From Candidatus Eiseniibacteriota bacterium (GTDB taxonomy: Bacteria; Eisenbacteria; RBG-16-71-46; CAVPCR01), in assembly GCA_963702435.1 (NCBI GenBank), contig CAVPCR010000003.1:64001-128000 (forward strand): a stretch of DNA of 64,000 nt, read 5' to 3'. The translations under genes and the position numbers were made by a program. Positions 10,701 to 19,619 of the stretch are shown here, piece after piece. The first letter of the stretch is position 1, and every line of letters starts with the position of its first letter. The notes under the pieces were generated by a model that was not told the origin of the DNA, ran no database searches, and saw nothing but the letters and a program-made list of their open reading frames with translations.

Positions 10701-12031
10701 GCCTGATTGATGCCGGCGGCGTCGGCGCCCGCGCCCCAGGTGATCTCGGCGGTGGCCGGACTGGTGACGGCGGTGAAGACGGCGGCGCCGAACCCCGCGC
10801 TCGCCTTCTCGAGCTCGGTGCCGTTCACGATGTAGTCGAGCGCCGACCAGTCGGGCCCCGGCACCGGCATGGTCCGGGTGAACGAGTCGGCGAATACGTT
10901 GTCGCTTCCGGTCGTGGCCACCGAGACCTGATTCGACATTGCGGACAGGTTGGGCACCTCGTCCGTGAGCTTCATGGCGAAGTAGTGGACAGTGGCGGGC
11001 GCGAGCCCCTCGACGCGGGTCCCGCTCACCTCCCCGCCCCCGCCGACGAACCGGTAGTCGCCGCCCTGGCCCGCCGTCTTGAAGCTCGTCGTCGTGATCG
11101 GGGCCGTCGCGAAGCGGCTGTCGGCGTAGCGCGGATCGCCGGCGCTCCCGTCATCGCCGGTGTTGGTCCAGATGAGGAGCACGCTCCGCCCGCTGACGGT
11201 GCCGATGGCCAGATCCTGGACCGCGGCGGGTGGCACGACGTCGTTCATCGCCTCGCGCACCGCTTCGTGGTAGACGGCCTCCATCACATCGTAGCCGGCA
11301 TCGTTCGGATGGAGCTGGTCGAACATCCATTCGCTGCCGGCGCCCGGGTTCTCCACGAAGCGGAGGTAGTGGTCGGCCAGGTACACGGGCTCGACGCTGC
11401 CGGTGACCGCCCCGTTCCGGTAGTCGAGCACGGCGCGGACCACCTCGCGGTTGAAGACCTCGACGTCGTCCTCGCGGTCCGGGATGGGGATGATGCGGCT
11501 GACGACGACACGGCGGCCGGCGGCGAGGATGTAGTTGACGAGTGCGCCGAGGCGCCCGCTCGCGTTCGCGTTCGGGGTGGCGTGGTTCGCTGACCAGGGG
11601 CCGAACGGGCCGGGCTGAAGGTAGATGTCGTTGGTGCCGAGGTGTACCGCGACGAGCTCCGGGGAGTAGCTCGTGATCGTCGGGGAGATGTCGCGGGCCC
11701 CGCCCGCCAGGAAATCGCCGATCCGGGCGCTGCTGTAGAAATCCCCCTCGTCGGGCGGCGCGCCGGTGGGGCCGACGAAATCGTAGGTCCCGATCCCGTT
11801 GAGCGAGGAGTAGAGGAGGTGGCGGAAGCCGAGTCCGCTCGTCGAGCCCACGCCCTCCGTGATCGAATCCCCGGTCGGCATGAAGTTCTCGGCGCGGCTC
11901 CGGTCGCTCGTGCCGAGCAGGGCGCCGGTGGCGATGAGGATCGCAGCGAGACGAAACGAGCGGCGAGCGAGAACCCGATTGTGGGCGGGAGCGCGCCCCT
12001 GCGCCTCCCGGCCCTGGTGTGCCCCGTTCAC
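7715..12031 (-). CDS. Large secreted protein: SGNH/GDSL hydrolase, FN3-like and repeated beta-rich modules, FlgD-Ig C-terminal domain
   Basis: Signal-like N-terminus, GDSIT / GTND / DQLHPN SGNH blocks, three D-F-R modules alternating with YxWRV repeats, and a PNPFNPST..WDG..SGIYF tail. Confidence 0.85.
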   Translation of the reverse strand: MNGAHQGREAQGRAPAHNRVLARRSFRLAAILIATGALLGTSDRSRAENFMPTGDSITEGVGSTSGLGFRHLLYSSLNGIGTYDFVGPTGAPPDEGDFYSSARIGDFLAGGARDISPTITSYSPELVAVHLGTNDIYLQPGPFGPWSANHATPNANASGRLGALVNYILAAGRRVVVSRIIPIPDREDDVEVFNREVVRAVLDYRNGAVTGSVEPVYLADHYLRFVENPGAGSEWMFDQLHPNDAGYDVMEAVYHEAVREAMNDVVPPAAVQDLAIGTVSGRSVLLIWTNTGDDGSAGDPRYADSRFATAPITTTSFKTAGQGGDYRFVGGGGEVSGTRVEGLAPATVHYFAMKLTDEVPNLSAMSNQVSVATTGSDNVFADSFTRTMPVPGPDWSALDYIVNGTELEKASAGFGAAVFTAVTSPATAEITWGAGADAAGINQAGIACRLEGTDPATADGYLVYRNTAGDQQLVLREIVDGAPATLVDTEPSMRPAPGAGDRVKVAVSSDAEGHRFAVYVNGVLDGVLVDPLRRRGNGDFWAGVVCAGGTNNNVADWRVEAVSTNAAPLAFNLLTPANAAVLPNLNPRLGWQSTTDPNGEQVTYDVFLSPDADFPPGTTRRVDNLAVNSYSTGVPLAANTTYYWRVRAQDPVGASTYSSPWTLSTGNLQQVLDDFERTALGGDWVADPSYALVNGELDGQATGFSDLAVYTRVESPVTVEWRWSEMATTQGIGFGGCLLGLDAPSATASGYFVFRNTGGAQRWSVWEVINGELGSSLGIDVPGANPIPQPGDVVRVVFVREAAAHRFECYINDRFDARLTDPNRRQGTAAVTYAGLLLGEDSANNVEEFVVLGQNLNLPPEPFNLITPTDQSIVYSLAPELRWEPANDPNPGDQVTYRVSYDTDPYFGSPLILPPTLGTSALIRTPLASNTAYHWRVQAADPSGGLATSSQTWTFATAPVVVATDNFNRATLGPAWLGDLGNMQIVGNELRNISPTTSFDLVVYTPRTNPNAAGFRWGPGVSPDGILRGGLALMLDAAGGSASGYWVRIDPFQNMSTLAEIRSGANVGLVTTASGLTNPPGSGDTWKVLLSSDPTGHHFDVYVGDDFHSRLTDPIKRQGNVATRYAGVALRGQEQNSVDDFTLTLSVASAPSPFQLLAPAHADTGVVYQPTFAWRAAGPVGIAYVVYVGTDSTMAASDSLVALADTTLTWPVPLAHATSYVWRVRATDGQSSVLNGPGWYRFRTTDVPAAVELAEFTARGDVGAIVLSWTTRREMDHLGYHIWRAREVGEYERLTGPEPLMGESPYSFADRTAVPGSTYRYRLEAVSRTGESEFFGPITGVALATPAILALHPNVPNPFNPSTALTFDLPERTAVRLVVFDLAGRAVRELTAGTYPAGRHTVTWDGKGGSGSPASSGIYFARLTVGDWSSTQKLILMK

Positions 12032-12288
12032 TTTTGACTCCCTGGCGCCGGTCCGGCGGCGCCGTGAAATGCGTGGTGGAATCCGCTGGCGACGCGATCC
12101 GAGCGCGCCCGGCGTGAACGCCGCACAGGAGCGCGGGGCACACGGGAGCGCTCCTGACCCGATCGGATACAACGTGGCGCCGGGCATGTTATCGGACGCT
12201 CCCGGATCTACGTTGGGGAAATTTCCGCCGAGCGATCGGGGTCCTCGAGGGGAGCGCCGCCGGCCGGCTTGACTGGGTCACGGCGCGG

Positions 12289-13035
12289 ATGCTAGATGTG
12301 ATGCCAGGATTCGACTTGGACATGAAGACCACTGCTGACATCCACGATGCGTCCGCCACGGCGGCCGCCGGGGGACCGGCGCTCGAGTCGCCCGCTTCGG
12401 CCGCGGCGGCCGCGGCGGCCGCTCTCCCGGGGCCGGCCGTCGATCGACGCGCCCCGGGCTACCGCGTGGCTCGGGTCGTCTCCGACCTCTTGAGCCCGCC
12501 CGCAGTCGCTCTCGCGGTCTTCTGGGTCCTGTCGGGAGTGAGCGCCGGTCATGTCCGCTGGCCGGTCTTCCTCGCCTGCGTCGTGACGCAGAGTTTCTTC
12601 CCGCTCGTCTTCCTCGGCTTAGCCGTCCGCCGCGGGCACATCGGGGATGTCAACATGAGCCGCCGCGAGGAGCGGCGCCGCGGAATGGCCACCCTCGGCA
12701 TCGTCTACGCGCTCGGGGTCGTCATCGTGGCGCTCGCCGGGGTGCGCGGGCCGCTCCTCTTCGTCTGCATCTGCTCGCTCGCCGTCCTCGGCACGCTGTG
12801 GGCCGTGAACCTCGTCTACAAGGCCTCGGGCCATGCCGCCGGATGCGCCGCCTACATGACGGCGATCTCCCTCTTCGTCGAGCCGGTGCATCCCGGGCTC
12901 GCGCTCCTCCCGCTCGTCGGGTGGGCGCGCGTGCGCATCAAGGCGCACTCGGTGATGCAGGTGATCCTCGGCGCCATCCTCGGCGCCGGGGTCGCGCTCG
13001 GCTTCTATCAGCTGGTTCGCCCCTACCTCTTCTAG
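12289..13035 (+). CDS. PAP2-like integral membrane protein
   Basis: Several TM helices, KASGHAA and WARVRIKAHSVMQV motifs. Confidence 0.7.
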   Translation: MLDVMPGFDLDMKTTADIHDASATAAAGGPALESPASAAAAAAAALPGPAVDRRAPGYRVARVVSDLLSPPAVALAVFWVLSGVSAGHVRWPVFLACVVTQSFFPLVFLGLAVRRGHIGDVNMSRREERRRGMATLGIVYALGVVIVALAGVRGPLLFVCICSLAVLGTLWAVNLVYKASGHAAGCAAYMTAISLFVEPVHPGLALLPLVGWARVRIKAHSVMQVILGAILGAGVALGFYQLVRPYLF

Positions 13036-13057
13036 TCCTAGTGCCGGCGATTCGCGA

Positions 13058-14557
13058 TCACCGAACGACGACGAGCCGCGAAGTCGTCTCCTCCCCTGCC
13101 GTCTCGATGCGCAGGAGGTAGATCCCCGAGCCCACGTGCGTGCCGCGCGCGTCCCGGCCGTCCCAGCGCAGGCGGCCGCTCGGGCTCGCGGCGAGCTCCG
13201 GCGTCAGGTCGCGGATCCGGCGCCCGGCGACGTCCGCGATCGTCGCTCGCGTCCCGGCCGGCGGTGGCCCGAGCGGGAAGGCGATGGTGGTCTCCGCGGT
13301 GAAGGGGTTCGGGGCGGCGATGACGCGGAGCGTCACAGCGGGTATAGGACTCTCCTCGCCCGCCGCGCCGGCCGGCGGGATCGAGATGAAATAGACCTCG
13401 GCCGAGTCGGGCGGACCGCCGCGCGCGTTGGTGTAGAGCGCGGAGATCGAGCCGGGTCGGGTGATCGTGCGCGCGATGCAATGATCCTGGCCGCCGGAGG
13501 GGTTCTCGGTCGACTGGTTCCGCGGCGGGAGGTACTCGGGGACCCAGCCACTCCACCCGGCGGACTGGATGGCGTCCCCCGTGTAGATGTTTCCCGATAC
13601 CTCGGAACCGACGACGATCGGCCCGTACCAGCCGCTGGTCAGATTCTCGAGGCTCGCCGAGACCGTGCCGGAGACGAGGGTTGCCGGGCCGAAGGTGACG
13701 CCGCCGTCGTCGCTCTGCCGGACGTAGATGCGGCTCGGGAAGCCCCAGCCGTCGTTGCCGCTCATCGCGACGACGACCCCGCTTCCGGTGGAGACGTCCA
13801 CCGCAAAATCGTTCGCATTGCCCGAGGCGAGCGTGAGATAGGTCCACTCCCCTGCGGCCCTGCGGGCGTAGTGCGCGTGGTAATCGCCGAAGTCGCCGCC
13901 GCGATAGACGACGTGCACGACGCCAGGGGTCACGGCGACCCTGGGCTCGGCGCCGGTCCAGAAGGGGCCGAGATCGCTCCCGGCGAGCCGCTCGACGACG
14001 AATCCGCTCGTGGTCCTCGTGGCGTAGAAGATCTTGCCGCCGCCGGAGATGGTGTCGTAGCCGGCCCACACGATGTGCACGTTTCCGTCGCCGTCCATGA
14101 GATCGGCGATGTCGGGGGTCATGTCCTCGGTCGTGTTCGTGGTGACCGGCTCGCTCACCCAGGCGCCGTGGTATGGCCGGTACGCGTACATGATCTCGGA
14201 CGCGGTGCCGGAGCCGCGCTGCCAGACCAGGTGGAAATCGGGAGGGAAACTCCCGGCGAGGCGCGGGCCGTACTCGAACCCGGTCCCCGCGGTGAGCGGG
14301 ACGGGCGCGAGCCACGCGCCCGTCAACTCGTCGGTCTCGCTGAAGAAGAGCCGGAAGCTCTGCCCGGATGTTTCCGTGAGCCACACCGCCGCGGCGGACC
14401 CGCAGAACTGGAAGAGCGATCCCGACGTGGTGCGATCCTCGACCAGGTTCGTGGTGATGCGTTCCGGCGGGTTCCAGTCGGTGGCGTGGGCGGCGGGGAC
14501 GGCGCTTGCGAGGACGGCGACCGCCGCGCAGCGAACGATGCGCGTCGCGTGGGGCAT
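13058..14557 (-). CDS. Secreted beta-propeller/BNR-like protein with FlgD-Ig C-terminal domain
   Basis: RBS GGAGG, signal peptide, HLVW/HIVW/HVVY repeats, SDDGGVTF, and PNPF..WDGRD..SGIY tail. Confidence 0.8.
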   Translation of the reverse strand: MPHATRIVRCAAVAVLASAVPAAHATDWNPPERITTNLVEDRTTSGSLFQFCGSAAAVWLTETSGQSFRLFFSETDELTGAWLAPVPLTAGTGFEYGPRLAGSFPPDFHLVWQRGSGTASEIMYAYRPYHGAWVSEPVTTNTTEDMTPDIADLMDGDGNVHIVWAGYDTISGGGKIFYATRTTSGFVVERLAGSDLGPFWTGAEPRVAVTPGVVHVVYRGGDFGDYHAHYARRAAGEWTYLTLASGNANDFAVDVSTGSGVVVAMSGNDGWGFPSRIYVRQSDDGGVTFGPATLVSGTVSASLENLTSGWYGPIVVGSEVSGNIYTGDAIQSAGWSGWVPEYLPPRNQSTENPSGGQDHCIARTITRPGSISALYTNARGGPPDSAEVYFISIPPAGAAGEESPIPAVTLRVIAAPNPFTAETTIAFPLGPPPAGTRATIADVAGRRIRDLTPELAASPSGRLRWDGRDARGTHVGSGIYLLRIETAGEETTSRLVVVR

Positions 14558-14665
14558 GGCGACCTCCTGGGCTGAGTGGCCGCATGGCGCAGCCACCCAT
14601 CCAGTGTAGGCCGAACCGGCCAGCGCGGCTACCGACCTGGGGGAACCCGCCCCGGCACCAGGTGG

Positions 14666-14742
14666 TGGTGCCCCCGGGGTGACTCGAACACCCGGCACGC
14701 GGTTTAGGAAACCGCTGCTCTGTCCGCCTGAGCTACGGGGGC
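14666..14742 (-). tRNA. tRNA-Arg(CCT), intact hybrid copy at the left junction of the element
   Basis: GCCCCCGTAGCTCAGGCGGACAGAGCAGCGGT-TTCCTAA-ACCGC..GTTCGAGTC..GCACCA. Confidence 0.96.
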
Positions 14743-14743
14743 A
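14703..14743. repeat. att core, left copy (5' half of tRNA-Arg)
   Basis: TTTAGGAAACCGCTGCTCTGTCCGCCTGAGCTACGGGGGCA, identical to 26421-26461. Confidence 0.95.
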
Positions 14744-15773
14744 CCTTACTGCCGGCAGCGAGGATACGACGTTCACTCTCCCCTGCGTCAAGGCCGATGG
14801 ATACGGTCTTGGATACGGTTTGCACCCGTCTAGCTTCCTCGAAGACCGCCTCGTCCGACAGACCGCCGTAGCGCTGAGTCGTCGTGATCGAGGCATGGCC
14901 GAGGAGCTGCTGGAGGGCCGGGAGCGATCCCCCGGCCTCCAGCCACCGGCAGGCGAACGTGTGGCGAAGCTGGTGCGCGTGGAAACGCTCAACCCCCGTC
15001 TTCGCTCTCACGTCGCGGCTGAACGATCCAACGGACTTCTCGCCGTAAGGGATGAGCTTCCCGACGTGTCCCCGGAGCTCGCCCAGAATCTCGGGCGGCA
15101 GCGGCACGCGCCGGACCTTGTCGCTCTTCGTCTTCTTCACCGTGAGAACCCCGCCTCGGATGTCAGAGGTGAGCGCCCTGGCCATCTCTCCCCAGCGCAT
15201 CCCCGTGGCAAGGCCGAGCCGGGCCGTGAAGCCGAGCATGCCGGGTATCTTCTCGACGAGGGCAACCTCCTCGTCGCTGAGGCGATCCGGGTCCCGTTCC
15301 GGAATCTTGGGCATGATCCTCCGCGGAAAGGGACTCCGCTCCAGGTAGCCGGCGTCCTCGCACCAGCGAAAGAGACAGCGGGCATCAGCGAGGACGTGGG
15401 CGACCGTCTGCGGGCTCAAGTCCTTCTCCTCGAGCCAGAGGCGGTATTCCCGAAAGTCCTGGCTACTCACCCTCTGGATCATCTTCCAGCCCATGAAGCG
15501 GCTGAGGTACATTTCAGCGCGCGCCTTCGCGAGCGCCCTGCCCTTCTCATTTCGCTGGTTCTGGATGTAGGTGTCGACCCAACGGTGGATCGCCTTGTCA
15601 ACGGTGAGGCGGACCGGGGGCACTCCTTGGCGCTTGATCTCACGGTATCTGCGGTTCGCCTCCTCGCAGTCCGCGCCGAGGCTCACGAGCCGCTCTCTTC
15701 CACCGGAGTAGATGCGGCAGTACCAAGATTGCCGACCGGGCCGCCGAAACATCCCTCGTTGCGGTCGGGGCAT
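14733..15773 (-). CDS. int: Tyrosine recombinase/integrase whose stop codon lies inside the tRNA gene
   Basis: TGMRWGE, KKTKS, HQLRH, LLGH, TTQRY catalytic set. ORF is intact. Confidence 0.95.
   Translation of the reverse strand: MPRPQRGMFRRPGRQSWYCRIYSGGRERLVSLGADCEEANRRYREIKRQGVPPVRLTVDKAIHRWVDTYIQNQRNEKGRALAKARAEMYLSRFMGWKMIQRVSSQDFREYRLWLEEKDLSPQTVAHVLADARCLFRWCEDAGYLERSPFPRRIMPKIPERDPDRLSDEEVALVEKIPGMLGFTARLGLATGMRWGEMARALTSDIRGGVLTVKKTKSDKVRRVPLPPEILGELRGHVGKLIPYGEKSVGSFSRDVRAKTGVERFHAHQLRHTFACRWLEAGGSLPALQQLLGHASITTTQRYGGLSDEAVFEEARRVQTVSKTVSIGLDAGESERRILAAGSKVPP
14798..14819. repeat. Tandem TGGATACGGT pair, putative integrase arm-type sites (left)
   Basis: Exact 10-mers at 14798 and 14810; the same pair occurs at the other end of the element. 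Confidence 0.8.
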
Positions 15774-15777
15774 TGTG

Positions 15778-15999
15778 TCATCCCTCCTTCCTGTCCCCGA
15801 CCCACCGAGCTATCTCGCAAGGGTCAAAGCGTAGGAGGGTGCCCATCCGCACGCAAGGGAGCTTCCCCAGCGCAGCCCACTTGTAGATGGTCTTGGGGGC
15901 AACCCCTAGCCACCCAGCGACTTCCGCCACCGTCATCAGCTTCGGGGGCATCCCCCTGTGCCCGCCGATCTCCCGGGCCGTCATCGGGATGCCCCCCAA
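15778..15999 (-). CDS. Excisionase-like HTH protein
   Basis: LMTVAEVAGWLGVAPKTIYKWAALGKLPCVRMGTLLRFD, directly upstream of int. Confidence 0.88.
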   Translation of the reverse strand: MGGIPMTAREIGGHRGMPPKLMTVAEVAGWLGVAPKTIYKWAALGKLPCVRMGTLLRFDPCEIARWVGDRKEG

Positions 16000-18380
16000 G
16001 GCTCAATATCCTCAGAATCCTCAGAACTCCGTGAACCGCGCTGCGTGTGGACCTTCGGATTCACCTCGTAGACTGGGCTCCGTGGTCGCCCGGGTCCGTG
16101 TCGCTCCTCCGAGGCGAGGGGCCGGATGCAGAGACGATCCTCGAGAATCCTGAGCGGTTCCTCCATGGCGGCAACCTCTCGGAACCGCGTCTTCATGGCC
16201 TGGAAGGCGTCCCGCCTGCTGAAAGTCAGGAGGCCACGACTCTCAATCCAGCGGAGGATGTGTCGAGCGCCGTCGATCTTCGGATCGGCCCCCATCTCAC
16301 CGAAGGCCGCCAGGCGCATGCGGGATCAGATAGTGCCCGATGGCGACTGCGGATCGCATCGTCCCGAGGTTGATCCGCGCCGAAGTAGGGATTGTCATCG
16401 CTGGGCTTTCCCGGCGAGATGGAGGATGCCCGAGATGCGGACGCACCGCCCCGGCGAGCTTCCCTGCCCCAATCAGTGATGTGTCCCGAGCGTACCCCTG
16501 CTCTGTGAGTTGGGGCTCGAGCCAGGCCTGAAAGCCGCGTGAAGCTCAGCGCGGGCAGCAGCATCGAGAAACTGGATCGTGTGAGGCACAGGATGTCCAG
16601 AGCCATCAATCGCCGGGTTGAAGGCCAGCTAGGCGACGAAGCGTTCTGCCGGTACGATGCTAGCGCACGCGATGGCGGCACCGGAGGGGTGGTCGATCTT
16701 CCTGCGATGGCCGAGAGGGTTCACCGGCAGGACGTAGTAGAGAAACCGGGCGAGAAGTCCACGACCACGGAACCCCGGCGTTCGAGGTAAGACCCCTCAG
16801 CACGTCGGGCTGGATGGCGAGACGCAATGGTGAGGGCGGGGCCTTCCACGTGCTCCGGTGGTCGGTTCACGCGATCCACTCGGATGGTATCGCCCGCAGT
16901 GAGCCCTTCAGATAGACACCCGAGGTTCGGTGCATGTATTGGCGGAATACCGGCCCGCCATGAGGTCAAAAACGTCGCCCTCCAGGAGACATGACAGCCA
17001 CCCGTCCCCCGTGGTCTCGCAGGAGCGTCGCAAGCTGTCTCCGGGCTGCAGTCATCGGCAGTGAAGCCGGGGCGACACGGGGACCTCGAGGTACTCGGCG
17101 AGCTCTCCGATGCAAGCTGTTTCGCCTCCTCCTCGGGCTCCCGCCGCTTCTCGTCGGGGGCTGCCGCGCGCAGCTGCTGCTTTCAGCACTGCTTGAGTCG
17201 CCTCCTCGAGGATTCGGCGGCGGCTCAAGCGCTTCTGCGATCTCATCCGCATTGAGTTGCGCGGCAACCTCGGCCTCGTACTCCTCGAGCGGGGCACAGA
17301 CATCCCGAAAGACCGCGGACTTGCGCGTCCCGGATGGCAACACGGTTGCCGTTGAAGAGATTCAGTAGGTTCCTGGTAGCCGTATCGTTGACTCTGGACC
17401 ATGGCCTGGCGTCGCGACTGCGGTTGCACAGGCATGACAAGCGCGAGCATGCCCGCGAGGTCGGCCGGTGTCTGCGTCGCCTCCGCCTCCGCCTCGACGA
17501 AAGTCCCGGAGCCACCCGGGCGAGCACGTCAGTCGGGAACGGTCGGAAGGTGCAGGATTCCGAAGAGCGGGATTGGGTCCTCCCACTCGGGTTCGACCAG
17601 GGGAGCCCCTCTGTCCGAGCGCCTGGTCTCCCCTTCCGAGTCTCCACCTCGAGAGGGATCGAGGTCCTCGAGCCCGGTATCCCGCGGCGAGGTGATCGCT
17701 CACGTCTTTGCCGCGGGCAGGCTGGAGGACTTCGACCTCCTGGGCGTAAGGGCGGACTGCGTCCGCTACCTCGCGGGCATGCTTGATTCCCGGGGCGTCG
17801 GCATCGGCGACTATCCTGACTCTCGCTCCGCGAAGTAACTCCGAGTATTCAGGACGCCACTTCCCGACACCACCTGGATTGCAGGTCGCGACGCCGCCTG
17901 CTCGCTCGACGGCCTCAACGTCCTTCTCCCCTTCCACGACGTGGATCGTCTTCTCGAGCCCGACTTCGAGAAGCTCCGGGAGGTGGTATAGCACCCGCCG
18001 GACGTCGCCGAGCTTCCAGATCCACCCGCCAGCTCCGTCCGCTCGCCGTTGCCTGAAGGTCTTCGGGTGGAACCTGACGACCTGGAAGAGCAACTTGCCG
18101 AGCTCGTCCCTGTAGTCGTAGGTGGCAACGATCTCTGGCCCCTCGCGACTCGATCCGTTCTCGGGGAACAGGTCTTTGGGCTCGAGACCGAGGGCAAAGA
18201 GCACGGCATCCTGCGAGCAACCTGCATGGCAATGGAAGAGAACGCGCCCATCGTCGCCCGACGTTGACACTGAGCGATGCTCGTGTTGTCCTCGTGTGCT
18301 GGGCACGTGAAGTCCTTCCCCTGCTGCCGGCACCCGCGAGCATCGAGCGCCGCCATGAATCTGCTGAGGGCCGCGCTCAT
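15981..18380 (-). pseudogene. Replication protein: Zn-finger + TOPRIM primase fused to a DUF3987/YfjI-like domain, several frameshifts
   Basis: CPAHED..HCHAGC, YDYRDE..FRQRR, VVEGEKD..ADADAPG, PFPTDVL, LPSGTRKSAVF, and C-terminal FSRRDAFQ..GRPRSPVYEVNP, spread over several frames. Confidence 0.75.
16000..16030. repeat. Three 9 bp CTCAGAATC-like units (iteron-like), with an inverted copy at 26210-26240
   Basis: ctcaatatc-ctcagaatc-ctcagaact. 25 of 31 positions match the reverse complement of 26210-26240. Confidence 0.7.
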
Positions 18381-18899
18381 GACCGGCCCTCCTCTGCGTC
18401 TAGGATCTGCGATTCGATGGCGAGGACGTGGTCCAAGATCCGGTTACGGCAGGGACGGCAGGTTGGACCAAGAAGCTGCACCGCCAGGACATCCTCAACG
18501 CCCCAGCAGCGACAGCACTCGTGGAGAGGGATGATTCTCGCGAGCCTGGCGCCACAGCGGCGATAGCATGGCCTGAAGGGCCGTGTGTATACATTGGATC
18601 AGAAGATCGCACCTGAGCCTCCTCGAACCGAGGAGGCGCAAATGCCCTTGACGTCGATCCGCGACGTGAGGCGACAATAGTGCAAGTTCATGGATAGCCC
18701 CCTCGGGGGTGATATGCCGGTCGGGCTTGAGGGCCTGGCCGGCTGATCCATTTGCCTACTTAGGAGAAGGGAGAGTCCTATGGAAGGGTAGATCCTATGA
18801 AGGCTCGGATGCTGCGCAGGGAATCGAACGCGCATCCACTGGGCATGGGTCGCGGGGGTAAGGATGCCCTCGCGGTTCCTCGCGGCTGCATTTCGAGTG

Positions 18900-19351
18900 C
18901 TCATCCGCCAAGGAACATGACGGCTCACCTTGTTGTCCTCGCACGCGCGCTCCGCGATCGCACGCTCAGCATCCTCACGATAACGACGCGCGTCGAGGAG
19001 AAATAACCAACCTGATACGACCGAGGGTGCTCGACTCAACTTGACGAGATCGGGACCACCGCGCAGGCGCACGACGTCACCGAGCCCGGTGACGGCCAGC
19101 CGCCAACACACCGGGGTCTCGCGATGCGCGGGGAAGCTCGCAGCGACTTGCTTGACGGCGCGCCGGATACGTCTGGCCTGAGTGCCCTGGCGACGGAGTT
19201 CGACGACGAGCCGCAGGCGCACGAGGTCTTCTACTCGGTATGTTGCAGGGTAGCTGCGGCCAGGTCGTTGGATTCGGAGGCAACCGGCGTCTTCTCCCAG
19301 AATTGGAGATGGGGAGGCTTGATCGGGAGCCGGCTATCTCGGGATGCCCAT
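18900..19351 (-). pseudogene. MerR-like HTH regulator, frameshifted, boundaries approximate
   Basis: HLQFWEKT..GRSYPATYRVEDLVRLRLVVELRRQG..IRRAV across frames. Confidence 0.5.
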
Positions 19352-19619
19352 TCGGCGGCTTGGGCTCGGTTCAGCCGACGTGCATCGATCACATGCCTTC
19401 TGCCCGCCGAACAGACTTCTTACAAAAGTAGTCATCTTCTAGTCAAGCCCCTTTTGATGCTTCTCGACGGCACTGGTCCTAAGTACTGACAGACGCGTCG
19501 GTTCATGTCTTCATCCGCTCCTCTCAGGGCAGCTGTGCTACGGGCCGCCGGGGCTCGGTTTCGAGGCTACGGGTGGTAGACTGGCTCAAGTTGTCCCGGG
19601 CAACAGGAGGGACCCCAAC

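Noticed and set aside
14558..14992. N-terminal extension of the 13058 ORF through tRNA-Arg and int
   Set aside because: The RBS and signal peptide place the real start at 14557.
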